A stretch of 64,000 nucleotides of DNA. It comes from Takakia lepidozioides. Lineage: Eukaryota; Plantae; Bryophyta. The position numbers and the translations under genes are program-made. Positions within the stretch are counted from its first letter, which is position 1; each line of letters starts with the position of its first letter. The stretch is from contig CM060731.1 of assembly GCA_030704615.1 (NCBI GenBank), forward strand, positions 65,968,001 through 66,032,000, in the 5' to 3' direction. Below, piece after piece: positions 1 to 14,136 of this stretch. Below the pieces are notes generated by a model that did not search any database, was not told the origin of the DNA, and saw only the letters and a program-made list of their open reading frames with translations.

Positions 1-2602
1 GAAAAGCAAGTCCGGTCTTTACTGACCGCTTACTACGCAATTGTCGTTTCTCGTAAACCGCTCCTCGAAAATTCCCTTTCTAGATCTATGTAGATGCCGA
101 TCTAGTGATCGGATTTCCCCAAGCCAGCGCTGGATTACGGCCCCCTGCCATGTAATCCGGGCAGGGTAAATTTTCGAGCGAGCTTCATGACAGGATTTGA
201 GAACTCGTACATACCTTTGTTTGCTGAAAACATGAAAGAAGAAGCAAGGAGAATCCGCCAGCTATGATGTAGAGGTGAAGCAAACCAGCAAGAGAATGGA
301 AACCAAACAGGTCTGGATATATTGGGTTTTGAGTTTCTCGGAATTAGCTTGACTGAAGCAAAGAATCTGGGAACTTTGGGAAGTAGTTTGTACAACTGAA
401 GTTGCATTGCAGATCGGATTTGAGCCTGGGTGTGGGTGGCAAACTGGAGATCTGTGTGATTCAAATGATATGATGATGCCCGGGGCATTTATCTTCATCA
501 TCTTTCATGTGTTTGACTCTGATTTGGTGTTGGACCAAGTCCCCAATGTGCCTCAGTGGAGATCTATGGTGCGTAGGTGATGTGTAGTCCCTACCAAGAA
601 ATGCTAGTGCTGCATACATAGGGGGCAAGGGCGGGCCATAAATACCTTAAGAGTGACATGATCTCAAGCAGGACCCACCTTGGATCTACGCCTTTAGGGA
701 GATGGCAGTTTCACGGGGTGCCATCTTGAGTGCCCAACATAGGACTATACGTTTAAGCTAAAGTACTCAAAAGTGGGCCCGAGTGGCCATGAATGCGTGG
801 TCCCAGCTTGAGGGCTCACGACCAACAAGGCGCACACAGGATTCAAGAACAATGCTCTGCGATATTGTATATAGTTTAAAAGCATACTGCTAAAGTGGGA
901 GTCTTTGATTGGAATTGAATAGATGAAATCGGTGGAGATAAGTTTACCAGCTATGTTCTCTACCGCATCTCTAGCTTGCAGTACACTCTTCATTGTCCTC
1001 TGTCCCTCTCTAGAAGTTTCGGACTTCAAGACAACTAAAGCTAGCACCTCAGAGTGAGGATTCGCATGTCTCAAACTGTCCAAGATTCAGGAATGGCACC
1101 CTGGAGAAGTTTCGCAACACTACCACTACACATTGTGAGTAAATGTAATGCCTGAAAGAAATGTAACTAAGAAGGAAGGACAAATAGGTGGAGAGAAATA
1201 TAGAGAGATGTACTGCGATTAAAGCAAGTCTCGTATTGAGAGTGCCTAGATGATCCTGACATTTTACAATTTGCTCTTCGCCCACTGTGTTTTAGAACGT
1301 CGGTTCAGATCCTAAACCTTTCAAACACCGAACGTCATCCTTTCCCATCGTCCTCTGTGCTTGCAGGCATATCCCCTTTATGACTACTGATCACAATTCC
1401 GTCGTTGAGTCGTTGTCCATATTTGTGTTACGATATCGAATGGTATGACCTAGTCCTACTACTACCCTGTAGCCCGAGAAAAATCCTTCAGCAACGAACA
1501 AGAATGTGTTCGAGGTGGGGATCGTAGTGCCGATTGAGCACATACATCACCTACGAGTAAATCAGATGAGAAGCAAAGGAAGTTGCATTTCATCAATTGA
1601 TGTACCTGAAGTTGGCTGATGAGATGCGCGAGTACTGATCAACCTGCCATACTAGTACCCTTGCACAACCACTTGCGAGGTCAAGGATCTTAAGCTTCTT
1701 TTAAGCTTCTTTCCATTACCAGCGAAGGCATGGATGGACAGTAGGCTCTACTCTGTAAAAAGCACATGTTGGTCTCAATCCAGGTAAGTGAGATCTACTC
1801 TAGTAATCAGAATGGAACTAAATTGGACCACTTACATTCTGAGTCAAGCAACCACTGTTATTCAATGGTCGGCTGTGGAACATCCTCCCATATTTGCACA
1901 CTGCACTCTAGATATCCAACTACCTCCAGGTATCCCCCACAAGCCAAAAGTGTCCTCAATTCTATGGTGAATTGTCTTTCATGAAGAATAACCTTCACGT
2001 TGACCTCCTCATGAGCACATTCCTCATGTGAATTTGGCACTTATCTCCTATTTGTTTGATACCTCCGGAGTTGCTTTCCATCACTTGGCATGGATTCACA
2101 AATTAAGGACTCTCTCTTCAACTTCAGACATCCCAAGCCTGCACAGACCAGCCTTGTCACCGAAGTTTGCCCACTTCCAACCCCAGTACCAAAAGTCATT
2201 ACTAAGAATCCAGCCTCCAGGACAAGTGAGTCCAGCTTTTGTACTCAATCAGGAATTGCAGGGGACAAAGAATTGCTGCAAAGAGCTAAGATCATTGAAG
2301 AAACATCAATCCACTCTTCAAGAAACTGAGTTGGTATGTGGCAGGCGGAAACACCTTGGGCGCTGATTGGCTAATATTACAATTTCAACGCACTGACAGC
2401 CAGATGGTGATGAATAGTTCATGGCAAGACCAACAAGTAGCAAGCCTTGGAAGGGAAAATATACAAGTACGCACTGGCTAGCAGGCAATGTATTGTGAGG
2501 TAGAGATTGTAGCCAAAATTGCAGCTGCTTCGTAGGTTAAAGGTTGAGTATACAATCACCTAACCCCACAAAGGGGGGGGGGCCAAGAAACTAAGGCATG
2601 GC

Positions 2603-5130
2603 CTACGATCCATCCCACGACTTCCCTGGAGAATGACCACTTGCACCCACTGACCGCAAATTTTCTCTTTGATTGCCGAAAGCCCCCAGGTCTACTCCTG
2701 GGCCTAATGATGTAAGACTAGCCAGATCCCTTTGAGACAGTGTTCGTCCCATGCCCCCTGCAGCACCAGCCATTCCACCAGCCCCACCGACCCCTAAGAA
2801 GTCCCGCGTGAATCTGTCACTTCCATCTTCCCCTCTTGATGGACCACCAAGGCCTGGCATCATGGATGGGCCCATGCCTTGTGACACTGGACCTCCTTGA
2901 AACTGAACATGCCCCAAGACATCACTAGCGGACATATGACGATGATTATTAGTGGGAGGCATCATACCCCCCCCCATACCCCCCGGATTAGAACCAAACA
3001 TACTTAGGGCGGCTCCCCCAAAGATGCCAGCACCTCCTGACAAGGAATTCATGAAGTCTTGGACTCCTACATGGTCAGCAGGCCTTCCTCCTTGGCCCCC
3101 AAAGCTAGACGGACCTAGCGAACTCCCCATTCCTTGTTGGGGGGACTGCATGTCTCCTTGGCGCCGCATCATAGGATGAGGATGAGGATGAACGAGACCA
3201 GCCATGCTGGGTGGCAGCCCACCCGCCCTGCCTTGCTCCTGCCGTGAACCTTGCCACAGTGCCTGCATGGAGCTGGAATCGGCTCCTCCCATCCCAAAAC
3301 CTCGCAACAAGGAGGAGTTGCTGGCTGTGGCCCCCATTTGGGCTGCTTTCTGAAGCAAGGCAGTTGCTGACATTTGAGAGGTGGAGGTGTGCTGCTGCTG
3401 ATTGAACAGTGATGATACTGAGGGTAAACTGCCCACCCCATTGTTGTTGGCTGATGATGAACTACTTGTCATTCCCACAGAGGAAGTCAGGGATAGCCCT
3501 GAAGCTCCTGAGCCTCCCCGCTCCAGGCGGTTTGCACCCGCTGTGAAGTCTGAAAACCCTGACATGCCCATCCCCATGCTGGCTCCACTTTGCCCTGGAC
3601 TAGAGCCTTGCATTCCTGACATGCTTCCGCCAGAAGCAAACAAGTTGGCGAACAGACTTCCTGGCCCAGATTGACCCATCGGAAGTAGCCCACCGGATGG
3701 CCTAGGAGCTTGCGGTATGTCATAGTCCATGGGGCCCAACATTCCTGCTACACCTCCTCCTCCTCCTCCTCCTCCATGCATTCCCTTCGGTGGTTGCATC
3801 ATGAAAGGGGAGCTGACATCGGAGCCAGGTTGCATTTGCTGCATGTGGTGTGTCCCCGGAGGGCCTGGCCCCGGCCCAGATCCCAACCACAATGACAACT
3901 TAGTGCCTGCTCCTCCTTGCGTTGCAGGTCCCACCCCAGGAGCTTGCCCCCAACGTGGTGGCAGCGAAGACATCCCCCCTTCACTGAGCCCACCCATACC
4001 TGCTATCGTAGATGAAAAGCCTGGCCTGATCGATCCCCCTCCCACACTTGCAAGAGAATCCACGCTCATGCGCCCCACATTCCCGCGTGGAGACGACGGC
4101 GCTCCCATGACTGACATGGATGGGCCTGCTCCCATACTGCTGTCCGGCTGGCCACCACCTTGCTTTCCAGCTGAAACTCGAGCACTCTCCTCGGCCAAAG
4201 CATCGCAAAAAGCTCGATGTGTGATGAAGCTGTCTCGCCTGACACCCGTATCCACGTCCCATCAGCAAATCATTCAATGCAAAACCAGGGAATCATACTC
4301 ACAGCAAGTGTAAAGAAGGCTGAGGGGTACCTGGAAAACAAGGTGCCGCAATCACAGCGGTACTCACGGGTACCACAAGTTTTGGAGTGGGCTTTCCAAT
4401 CAGATTGAACAGCGTATCTCTTAGAGCACTTGTCACACTTCCACTTCTTCTCTCCATGCTTTCGGCAAAAGTGCTTTTTTATGCCAGTCAAGTCGCCCAG
4501 AGCACGCGACGGGTCGTGATGCACACAGGAGGGCTCAGGGCAGATATACACGCGCTTGCGAATCTCCTTACTAGTCCGTTGCCGCAGCTTCCAGGGCAGA
4601 TTATGACCCCGTCGATGCAACTGCAGGTTCTGATCCCGCTGAAACCCCTTGTTACAGATTTCACACACAAATCGATTCGTCGCCATTAAAGTCTTTGGCG
4701 ACAAAGCTATCACCTCTGCATCGGGGTCTGCACTCACAAAGCCACCCAAAACAACTCACTTTGCTTGACGTCTACTGAAGACAACTCCACCCTCTGGGCG
4801 TGCACTAGAATGCAAACAGTCAACATGGCAAGACAAGCGCACAAATGCGACAAAAGGCACTTGGAGAGGAAGAGAATCGCTTCAGAGGCAATCAAAGACG
4901 ACGAAAACTCCCCACCCAGTATGCCCTAGAGATGAAGAAGCCCCACCTGGAGTTCCTGGAAGATTGCGCTTGCGCTTCACTCCAGGAGGCTGCCCACTAG
5001 AGATGGTGTTGGTCGTAGCCGGCGTGGCCGGTGTGGAGCTGGGCGGCAGCGTAGTGTTCCCATCAGTGCGGTTGCCTGACGACACGCTCGTTTCCCCAGC
5101 TGATGCGCTGGTAATGTTGGACAATGTCAT
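2603..5130 (-). CDS. IDD: INDETERMINATE DOMAIN (IDD/BIRD) C2H2 zinc-finger transcription factor, 3 coding exons (about 5130-4947, 4727-4331, 4238-2603)
   Basis: KRKRNLPGTP|DPDAEVIALSPKTLMATNRFVCEICNKGFQRDQNLQLHRRGHNLPW..., four zinc fingers, C-terminal MSATALLQKAAQMG and TRDFLG motifs, GT-AG introns. The start is set at MTLSNITSAS; the frame stays open upstream to about 5574, so a longer N-terminus is possible. Confidence 0.95.
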
Positions 5131-8100
5131 CTCCCCTACTGGCTGCAGCTCGTCTTCAGGGAGTCGACCAAGTAGAGAGGATTTACCTAGAAGCGAACGA
5201 GACCGGGCGACATGGCACACCCCAGCTGCCCCTCCTATCACCGACGCTCCTGAGCTGCCCTCAACATCCTCCTCATCCTTCACCCAGCTTGTCTCCCCCC
5301 CACCACTCTCGTGCGCTAGCGAGTAAGACAGCTCCGACCTGATTGACGCACCAGCCCCACTGTTACTCGTCAGCGGTGATGCTTCCCGTTCACCTCTTTC
5401 CTGTGCTGCAGCCTTGATGTAATGGCCACCAATTGCATTGTGCACTCCCTGCTTATACGTCCCCACCCAATTCCCACTATATCCTCCAGACTCTCCCGGA
5501 CACGACGAGGCAAACGAGGGAAGAATCAGGGAGGGCAGCATGGTCAGAATGGCCGGGCATAGGGCCACACCCATCTATCTCCTACCTCCCCACACCTCAG
5601 CTCCAACTCACCCCCTCTTTCTGTCCACCTCATTCTTGTCTCAACCCCCCCCCTCTCCCTCTCCCTCTCCCTCCCCCTCCCTCTCCCTCTCCTTCTCTCT
5701 CCCTCTCCCTGAACTGTTCCTGAGCTCAACAATGGCTGCAAGAGGAGCTGCCTGGATGCTTGCTGCACTGCACAGCAGCACAGCCACAGTAGCACACACA
5801 CACACAAGAGGGGCAGGGTCTGCCCGGCTGCAAACTAATGGGGGGGCGAGCCTGTAGCCGGGCGGAGCCTACAAAACCGCGCTGGCCCGCGGCAGCCGCG
5901 CCAGACCTAGACTAGGCCGCAGATAAGACGACCCTTGCCGCACAACCGCGGCCCCCATCCATCCATCCATGTCCCCCCCCATGACGCATCATGCCCGCAC
6001 GTGAGTGGCTGCCACATAATATCTGCGAGCACTTCTTACCGTGGGTAACTATCGCACTAACCCGTTACCCACCCCCCCGCGGTAACACGGTAACTAACTT
6101 AACCCGGGTTGGGTGGCGCCCGCGGGTCTGCTGGCCGGGGCATGGATGAGGATGGATGGATGGATGGATGGATGGATGGGGACATGTGCACGGACGCACA
6201 TGGGCGCAGGGAGGGTACATGACGCGGGCAGGCAGCGTCTTTTTGTTTGGGGGTTCGATCTTTTTGGGATTCTGCAGCCCGGGGTTGACGTCACCCGCGG
6301 GCGGGGGTTGTCGTGTAGCGTGCGCCCGTGCTCGGGTGCGTTGGGGGGCGATTGATGGGGGGCGTGTCGGGCAGGGGCCACAAACGGCCTTTACGCGGTG
6401 ACGACGCAGTGCTGCACTGTGCGCGAGGCGCTGCGAGGCTTATCGAGATCGGGCTGCACTGTGCAGCAGCCGCCCGGCTGCTGCACAGTGCAGCTTTGAG
6501 ATCGCTTGTCCTTGATGCCTCGCACGTAAATTAATGAAGCGAATGCTGGTGCTGCTGCTTGCGATCCGTGCGCGCATAACCGCAATCAAATCTCTGGCTG
6601 CAAGCGAGCCAGCATTTTTAGCAGATGAGAGACTGCAATATTCGTTACTGGGCCAACGGCAGGAGAGCTGGGCATGACGTCGTCAAGGATTGGGATTTGT
6701 CGTCCAATGCCCGCCACTTCTGCAACTGCAGAATTGGAAGGAGGTGCAAAAGGTCCGCAGGGACCAACTTCCCATACTTCCAGCTCATGCGCAGAATATT
6801 GTTTGCTGATTTAACCAACCCGAGAGTATCCGGCAGCAACAGGTCACGGAACTTAGTTGCTACGAGAGTCTGGTTTTGGCCTGGCTTTGCTACAAGTTTG
6901 GCCTTGTAGCAAAGGCCAAACAGGCTGTATATGTACGAGTTCGTATCTCGCTTTTGGCTTAAACTGCGGTTATTTTTAACAGGGACCCAGTTGGTTTGAC
7001 TGTGTGTGATCCAGCCTTTTGTTCCCGCAAATGTTCGACTTATTTAGGCTACAAAGATCTGCTAGTGGAATTGGCAGGGGGCCAAAGTCAGGGCTGATTC
7101 GTCGGACAAATCAATTCTCTAGCTCCGTATGCTGCCGTTCCTGTTGTGTTTAAAGGACCGGACCACATTCAGTAACATGAAGTTAAGACGTGGCTAATGT
7201 TGCGGTAACTCCAAATAGGCTCCCTACCACTCGCATCCAATCTAAAATCTGAATCCTGGCATTTAATCTTTGCTGCAATATCGGGTCGGGCGTGAGGCAG
7301 ACTTGAATGCAAGTACAAGGCTCCAAACACTTTTGAACACGAAAGATTGGATGTGAGCTCTCGCACAATGAGGAAAACAAATCTAGTGCAATATTACATA
7401 ATACAGTTGTTGGGCGGTATTTCATGGCAACACTTTTGAGTCCCCGTGTCTGGAGCCGGTGATTTCTAGAGCGGAGCCGTGGGTCCTCCACAAATGATCA
7501 TCGAAATGATTTGATTCCGACCATGCGCATTCGTCCTTAAAGGGCATGCCAGTATAGTGATAGAGAGCCATCCCAATGGGCTCTGGCTTTGACTCGGACG
7601 ATCCTAAAAATGTGGGTATTGTGGCATTAGTCAAACCAATCCCGCTTCCTGGAAGATACACTCACGTTTCTTCCGCTTCAGTATTTAATAACAAGATGTT
7701 CCCGTTCCAGATCTCTCTCATGTGAGAGTTCCGCCTTGAATCATGCTACCAACTTTGATGGATCCCCATTGTCAGCTTTCACCGCAAAGAATAGGGACCA
7801 TCTAATACTTTTGGGCTGCATCAGATTTTCTCAGGATCTAAGCAAGGAATGATTTGAGAATAATAATTGAGCATAATAGTCCAATAGTACACATCTGGCC
7901 AGGGATTTCCGGAACTGGACGGAATCGTGGACTTATCTGTTAAGTAGTGGGCGGATGACCACCTCACTCTTCGTTGCATGATGCCAGCAATGAGATTGTG
8001 CTTCTTCTACTTGATTGAACACTTATTGATTAGGCACTTATATCCCTCTCTCCACACTTCATCCGGGCTGAAATACCCCCTCATGTTATTGTGAGCACTC

Positions 8101-8806
8101 TTTAGGTACTGATTTCTAGGAGCAAACAGCAAACCCTAAGAAAACAATTATTCCGATAATAAATGTTTCTAAACCTGGAAGGCAATTTACTTGTACGCTT
8201 CGTCTGGACTCTGCCCTTGTTCCGTTGTCTCATACAAAACCCACCCGCAAAAATTCATGGGAGCGCGAAGAACAGGGGCCTAAGTCTGCTGCATTGTCAA
8301 TGGTACCGACAGAGAGCAACCAGGAGAGGGTGTGCACTGTGCACTAGAACATTGGATACATACACGGGAGCAAGGGAACCGTAGCCTCGATTCCCACATC
8401 AATGAGTTGTCCCTGCTTTTATTGTGAGAGACAATCCACTTAAAAGCACGATTAAAAGCAGGTTGGCACTGCCATTTTAGGAGCTAGTGCGGACTCCGGA
8501 GTTTAGCAGGAGGCCATGGCCATCACCCTCCATGATACAGCGGCAGCCAACTTCAAGTTTCGAATTGAAAATGCAGTTATACTGACAAGGAGATGTCTGT
8601 GAGGAGATTTGACAGTGGCGTTTCACAGCTTAGTAGCTGCAAAGATCCGGAAACGTGCGGGTATAAGCGAGTGTGAAGACCTGAATGTCAAAAGTTTGAA
8701 GAAACTTGTCCTCTACGGAGTTCCTTGGTGATATTTATTTCAATCCCCAAGTTTGTGCTATGATCTTATCTTGAAGCTACATACTGAAAAGATTTTTTTT
8801 CATAAT

Positions 8807-9487
8807 TTTTAAAATTGTTACCACTTGAGAGTAGCACTAATATGCGGAAAATGGGTCTAGGAATTCGTCCGAATATAAACTTAATACTAGTTTTAAAATT
8901 GTATCCACTAGAGAGTAGCACTAAGATGCGAAAAATGGGTCTGAATACCGGACGCATACATGTGTGAATATAAAGTTAATACTAGTTTTAAAATTGTAAC
9001 CACTAGAGAGTAGCACTAATATGCGGAAAATGGGTCTAGGAATTCGTCCGAATATAAACTTAATACTAGTTTTAAAATTGTCACCACTAGAGAGTAGCAC
9101 TAAGATGCGAAAAATGGGTCTGAATACCGGACGCATACATGTGCGAATATAAACTTAATAGTAGTTTTAAAATTGTTACCACTAGAGAGTAGCACTAATA
9201 TGCGGAAAATGGGTCTGAATAGGGGACGCATGTGTGAATATAAACTTAATACTAATTTTAAAATTGTTACCACTAGAGAGTAGCACTAATATGCGGAAAA
9301 TGGGTCTGACTAGGGGACGCATGTGTGAATATAAACTTAATACTAGTTTTAAAATTGTTATCACTAGAGAGTAGCACTAAGATGCGGAAAATGGGTCTAG
9401 GAATGCGTCCGAAGATAAACTTAATACTAGTTTTAAAATTGTTACCACTGGAGAGTAGCACTAGGATGCGGAAAATGGGTCTAGGAT
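8807..9487. repeat. Tandem minisatellite, about 8 copies of an 84-95 bp unit
   Basis: Recurring TTTTAAAATTGTTACCACTAGAGAGTAGCACTAATATGCGGAAAATGGGTCT... with two unit variants. Confidence 0.95.
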
Positions 9488-9797
9488 ATACCGTCGCACC
9501 ACGACTTGGCGTTAATTTCCGTTCGAATCAATTCAGCAAAACATGCCGCAAATCATGTTTCTCTCTATGATGTGTTAGTACAGTTGGGTTTCCTTTTTTC
9601 AATAACAAATCAAAAGGTTTCCCCAAAAAAAACAAAGAAAAACAAAAACAATTGACAGGAGATTTTTTTTTTGGAGTTATTAAGATGGTAGCAAAAGATA
9701 AGCAGTGCAGTTAGTAAAATCTACAGTGGTGAGCTTGTTAACCACAGCCCTTGACTCCGCACCTCCCACGAGTGAGAGCAGCGCAAGGGAATGACAG

Positions 9798-9836
9798 TGT
9801 TTTGTTTGTTTGTTTGTTTGTTTGTTTGTTTGTTTG
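9798..9836. repeat. (TTTG)n microsatellite
   Basis: Direct reading. Confidence 0.9.
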
Positions 9837-12800
9837 CTTGCAAAGCATTTGCAGATTTGGGTGATGGCAGACTGGGTGGTGTTGCAAAGAGAAGAGGGGC
9901 CGAAGCAAAAGGATGTGGAAAGGATAGGATAAAACGGGGGATGGTAGGGGAGGGGGCACATAGTACGATGCATACGCCAGCCTGCGGCTCTGGGCCAGTG
10001 GGGCGAGAGAGTGGCAGCCGCTAGGTGACACACTATAGGTCGCCTGCCGCATGGCGACAAGCGCACATTGCTCGGTACCATCACCCCGGCCTGGCGCCGG
10101 CTTGGCATCTCCCCCCCCCCCCCCGGCTCTTGATGCCTACGTATGCATCCAGTAAGCGTCCAAATCTCAGCCTTCGCGAGTTACCCTGCGCGCACACTGA
10201 GCAGCATCCCGTTTCTCGTGTGCAGGCAAGCAGTCTGTGCCAACTTGTGCAACAGTTCGCCCAGTCTGGGTTAACTAGGACAGTTTGCAGTTGAGATGTG
10301 GATGGAAAAAGGCCCAAGGGAGGGAGGGCCTCAAGGAGGGCCAAAAGGCAAGGCTGTATGTAGGTAGGAGAGATTAGCCAGCTGCGCAGGATGTCTACAG
10401 TCTGCACGGCTGCCGCACAGCCGGACTGCAACAGCAGACTCTGCCAAAGGCAGCCTACGCTATCTAGTCTTGCAGTGCAACACAGGGGCGGCCCCACCCG
10501 TCAGCTGCCCCCCACAGTAATCGTCTTTACACCCCAGTTGTTTTCCTTCCCCACATAACTCTCACTGGACTCACATGGGCCAAAAAAAGCCTCATCGCTT
10601 GGCAGAGGCGAGCCATTCAATACTTTGGCTGGCTTCAAGTGTACGCCAGGAGGCGCGCTTGCCTTCATTCCCTCAGCATTTACTCCTTCCACCCGTATCC
10701 GAGGATGCGACCTCGCAACGGATGCAACGGATGCAACGGATGCAAAGGGATGCAGTCTCTCTTCTCTCTCCCCCCTCCCCGCGCATGAGCGCAATGCAGT
10801 GCATAAGATTACATCCCAGCGCGGATCGATCCGACTCTGCGCACTGCGCTGGCAGTCCGCGGAGGAGGTGCCGTGCTGCGCAGGGCCCCCCAATCACCGC
10901 CCACCGCCCCCGCCGCTGCGCGGTCCCCCCCCATCCATCCATCCATCCTTCCATCTATCTATGCCCATGCGCCATGCCCCCATGGCGCACATCCATGCAT
11001 CAAATTATTGAGCTGCCGCGCATGCCATGGCGCGGGTCCCGCCGCCCCCGCTACGCGACAGCCGCGGTCCTTTATGCGCGGCCGCCTTCCGGGTCCCACC
11101 CGCCGCGGGCCCCACGTGTCCCTTCTGCGACCCTCTTTGCACGATGGCGCGGCAGGCCCCGTCACCTGCTGCCATCCATAGCCCGGAGTAACATCGCCCG
11201 GCGCAGATCCGTCCGCGGCCGGCCCTACGCACCCGTGAGAACAGCTGCCCTGTTTCGCCAGGGCGCCTTTTTGGGGTTTCGCCACTCCGTGGCGAAACCT
11301 CATCCAGTCACCACCCCCTCTAGATTCCCCTCTCAGATATTGTTTGGGATTTTTATATTTTGTTTTGTTTTGTTTTGTTTTATTCACAACCTCTCCGCAC
11401 GCTAAGTAAGCAAGTTTAGTGCGATTAATCCACACCGCCTTGCCGTTGTTGCCGAGGTTGCGCATGCTGTTTTGATTTGTTTCATCCACTCCGATGCACG
11501 ATATTGCTTCCGCGCCGCACCCGGCATCTCAATCGCTATGGGATACGACACGGCGTCAATTACAATAACGTCAACAAGAAGAAGAAGAAGAAGAAGAAGA
11601 CCTCAATCAACAACTGTTTGTTTGTCCCCCTCGATGAGAAACTTGGGATGATGATCTCAGTGGGCTTACAAATTGGGCAACTTTGGTGCATGTGGTCTGT
11701 TGCAACAACAAAATTTGTCCCACATGAGGGAGGTGGGTCTTTGTGGTGACAAAACACCTGACAAGCTATAGAGTGTTATTGGTGGATGGGCATTGAAGGA
11801 GGTTTGGCCTGACTTGTGACCTTTTCAGGAGAAAGATGGGGTGCTCAACTGGAGTTCAACTCTAAAACTTGTCCCAATTGAAACCACCAACTTGTTGCTG
11901 ATGTGAAAAATGATTTTCATTATCAAACTGGGAAGCAACTTATCATTCATCCTCTGACATATCCGGTTCCCCCCGGCCACCAACAAATCTAGTATCCCAC
12001 ACTTACACTCAGTTAATTAATGTGTCACCATGATCTTTTTCAAAGACCCTACAAATAGAAGAGGACCATGGCAGTAGTCACTGGTGACAAAACCCATAGT
12101 TCTACACCCCCAGGCACTTTCATTTGAAACCATCATTCTGCACAAAAGCAATCACAAATTGGTGGACCTGCCCACTACAGTAAAGGGTGTGCATTACAAT
12201 CCTCTTTAACAATATTGAAGAAAATGTGCTGCCCAGCGTTCCCAAGCGGAAACTATTTCCTCCTACATAAAGAACTGGGGCTGATTTCTCTCCATCAAAA
12301 TCGTTTCGTTATACAGTGTAATAGCCAGCTACGAGTCCGAGGGCAATACAAATAGTTATAATGCACAGTGCCAATTACACTCTGTGATGCCACCTCCGAC
12401 AATGAAAGGAAAAAAAATCATCCCATGTCTTTACGCAGAGGAAGGCCCGTCGGTCGGGCGCCCCTTGAATTTCATGCCCAATGGCCTCGGGCTACCGCGC
12501 TAGGACCGGGGCATAAAATTCAAGGAGCGCCCTCCACTCAGGGCCTTCCTCTACACATACCCACTTTACTTTTCTTTTTCTTTTGAAAGAAGAAGGGCAC
12601 TGCCCAATTAGATTGATGAGAGGAAAAACAAAAACCTCAGAGAAGGCAACCGCCCATAGGTCCCAACAAGGAGGACCCACTTATGGGCCAAGTTGAAGTA
12701 AATACATAAAGCAATTCATGAATGGATAACCCACCACAAATACTCCAAAATCCAAAACACTGCTTGGCTGTGGGAGTCTGACAGAGAAGTTGAATGAATG

Positions 12801-14136
12801 AGCAATTATCTGAGATGAAGAGAAAACCCTTTAGACTGGACTCGGGATACTCCTGCCAACTTACCTGCAGTTGAGCTTTATTAGAGAGGCAGTAGTGTGG
12901 CAGTATTGTGAGCACCTCCAGGCTGATTATAACTTGGTTGAACAACTCTATAAGGACAAAGTTTCATGAAGACTCAAGAGTTGACAAGGCTTGTTCGTTA
13001 AATGATTCTCACTGGCTTTTTGCACTGGACAGATGTGACACTCGTTCCACCACTCAAAAGTAATTTAGCCAATGCTTTTGACGAGATTGATGCTCTCCTC
13101 AGACTGCTTGTGATCTCTGCAGGTTGCTAAAAGGTCGTTTGAAGACAAAAATTGGTTATGCAGTTTGCAAAACTCCAGGCTTGTCATTGGCATGTGCCCA
13201 CATTCTCCACGCTCGGCTTGCGAGAGACAAGTGCATTAGTGTGTGAGCAAGAAAAGCTGAGTCAGCTGCTTTATCTTTCTCTCTTTCAAACCCTGTGTCT
13301 CCTCGTTCATTGGTTGAAAAGATCTCAGAATGTGTCAGCTCCTGTCTCTCTCTAGCGCTCTCTGCCCAATCCCATTCTCTACTGTTCCTAGTCTCTCCCC
13401 CTCAATTGTGGTTTTCTGTCCAAGCCCACCCACCCCTGAACGACCTTTTCCTCTGCAATCTTTTCCCTCTGATGCCCCCTCTTAAACACGTACAAACTCC
13501 TCAATACCTTTGCACGAGGTTTCTCTCCTATCATGGGTGTCCCAAGATTCTCTTCTGTCAAGCCCTCTTTGCAGTTTACCCCATTGCCCTCTTGCTCCCA
13601 CACCCTCAAACCGAACAAATGTCTCTTCCACACACCGCCCCCCAGCCGCCAACCTTTTTCCCATGGGATCTGGGATGTTAGGGAGTGGGCGCGGCGGCCA
13701 TTCGTTTCATGGAATTCTTCTACCACTGCAGGATGGAATGGGAGGTGTCATAATCTTCAAATGCAAAGGATTTTGACCAATCAAAAGTAGATATTCATAA
13801 ACTGTTTCTAGGTGTTTGGTTCACCCAATGTCTGCATAGTCATCTGTCTTCACTGATTACCTCCCACAACAAAAGACAACCAGAGTTAATTTGCAGTGAA
13901 AACTTTGCATGTTATTAGTGAAATAATCTTTACCTACACCAGACAATGAAATTGTCAACTTCCCATGTTTGACAATGGTGTTGCCTGAGACTGCACTTGA
14001 ATACCTCAGGACACAAAATTATCTGCAATGGAAATTCACTGCAAAGGTGTGTAACTTTGAGAGCATAAAACTATACAATACTCAGGCCGGATAGATAGAT
14101 TAGCTCATAATGTTTGTATGCAAATCAAGGTAAAAC

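Noticed and set aside
130-2400. Possible decayed LINE remnant (also 12600-13760 and 17700-19800)
   Set aside because: Coding-like texture but no motif I can support.
2952-5342. Plus-strand ORFs over IDD
   Set aside because: Antisense shadows of a GC-rich coding sequence.
7100-8750. Possible gene relic
   Set aside because: No continuous frame or recognisable motif.
9680-11489. Many overlapping GC-rich ORFs (also 5400-6600)
   Set aside because: Low-complexity and microsatellite-driven frames with no recognisable domain.
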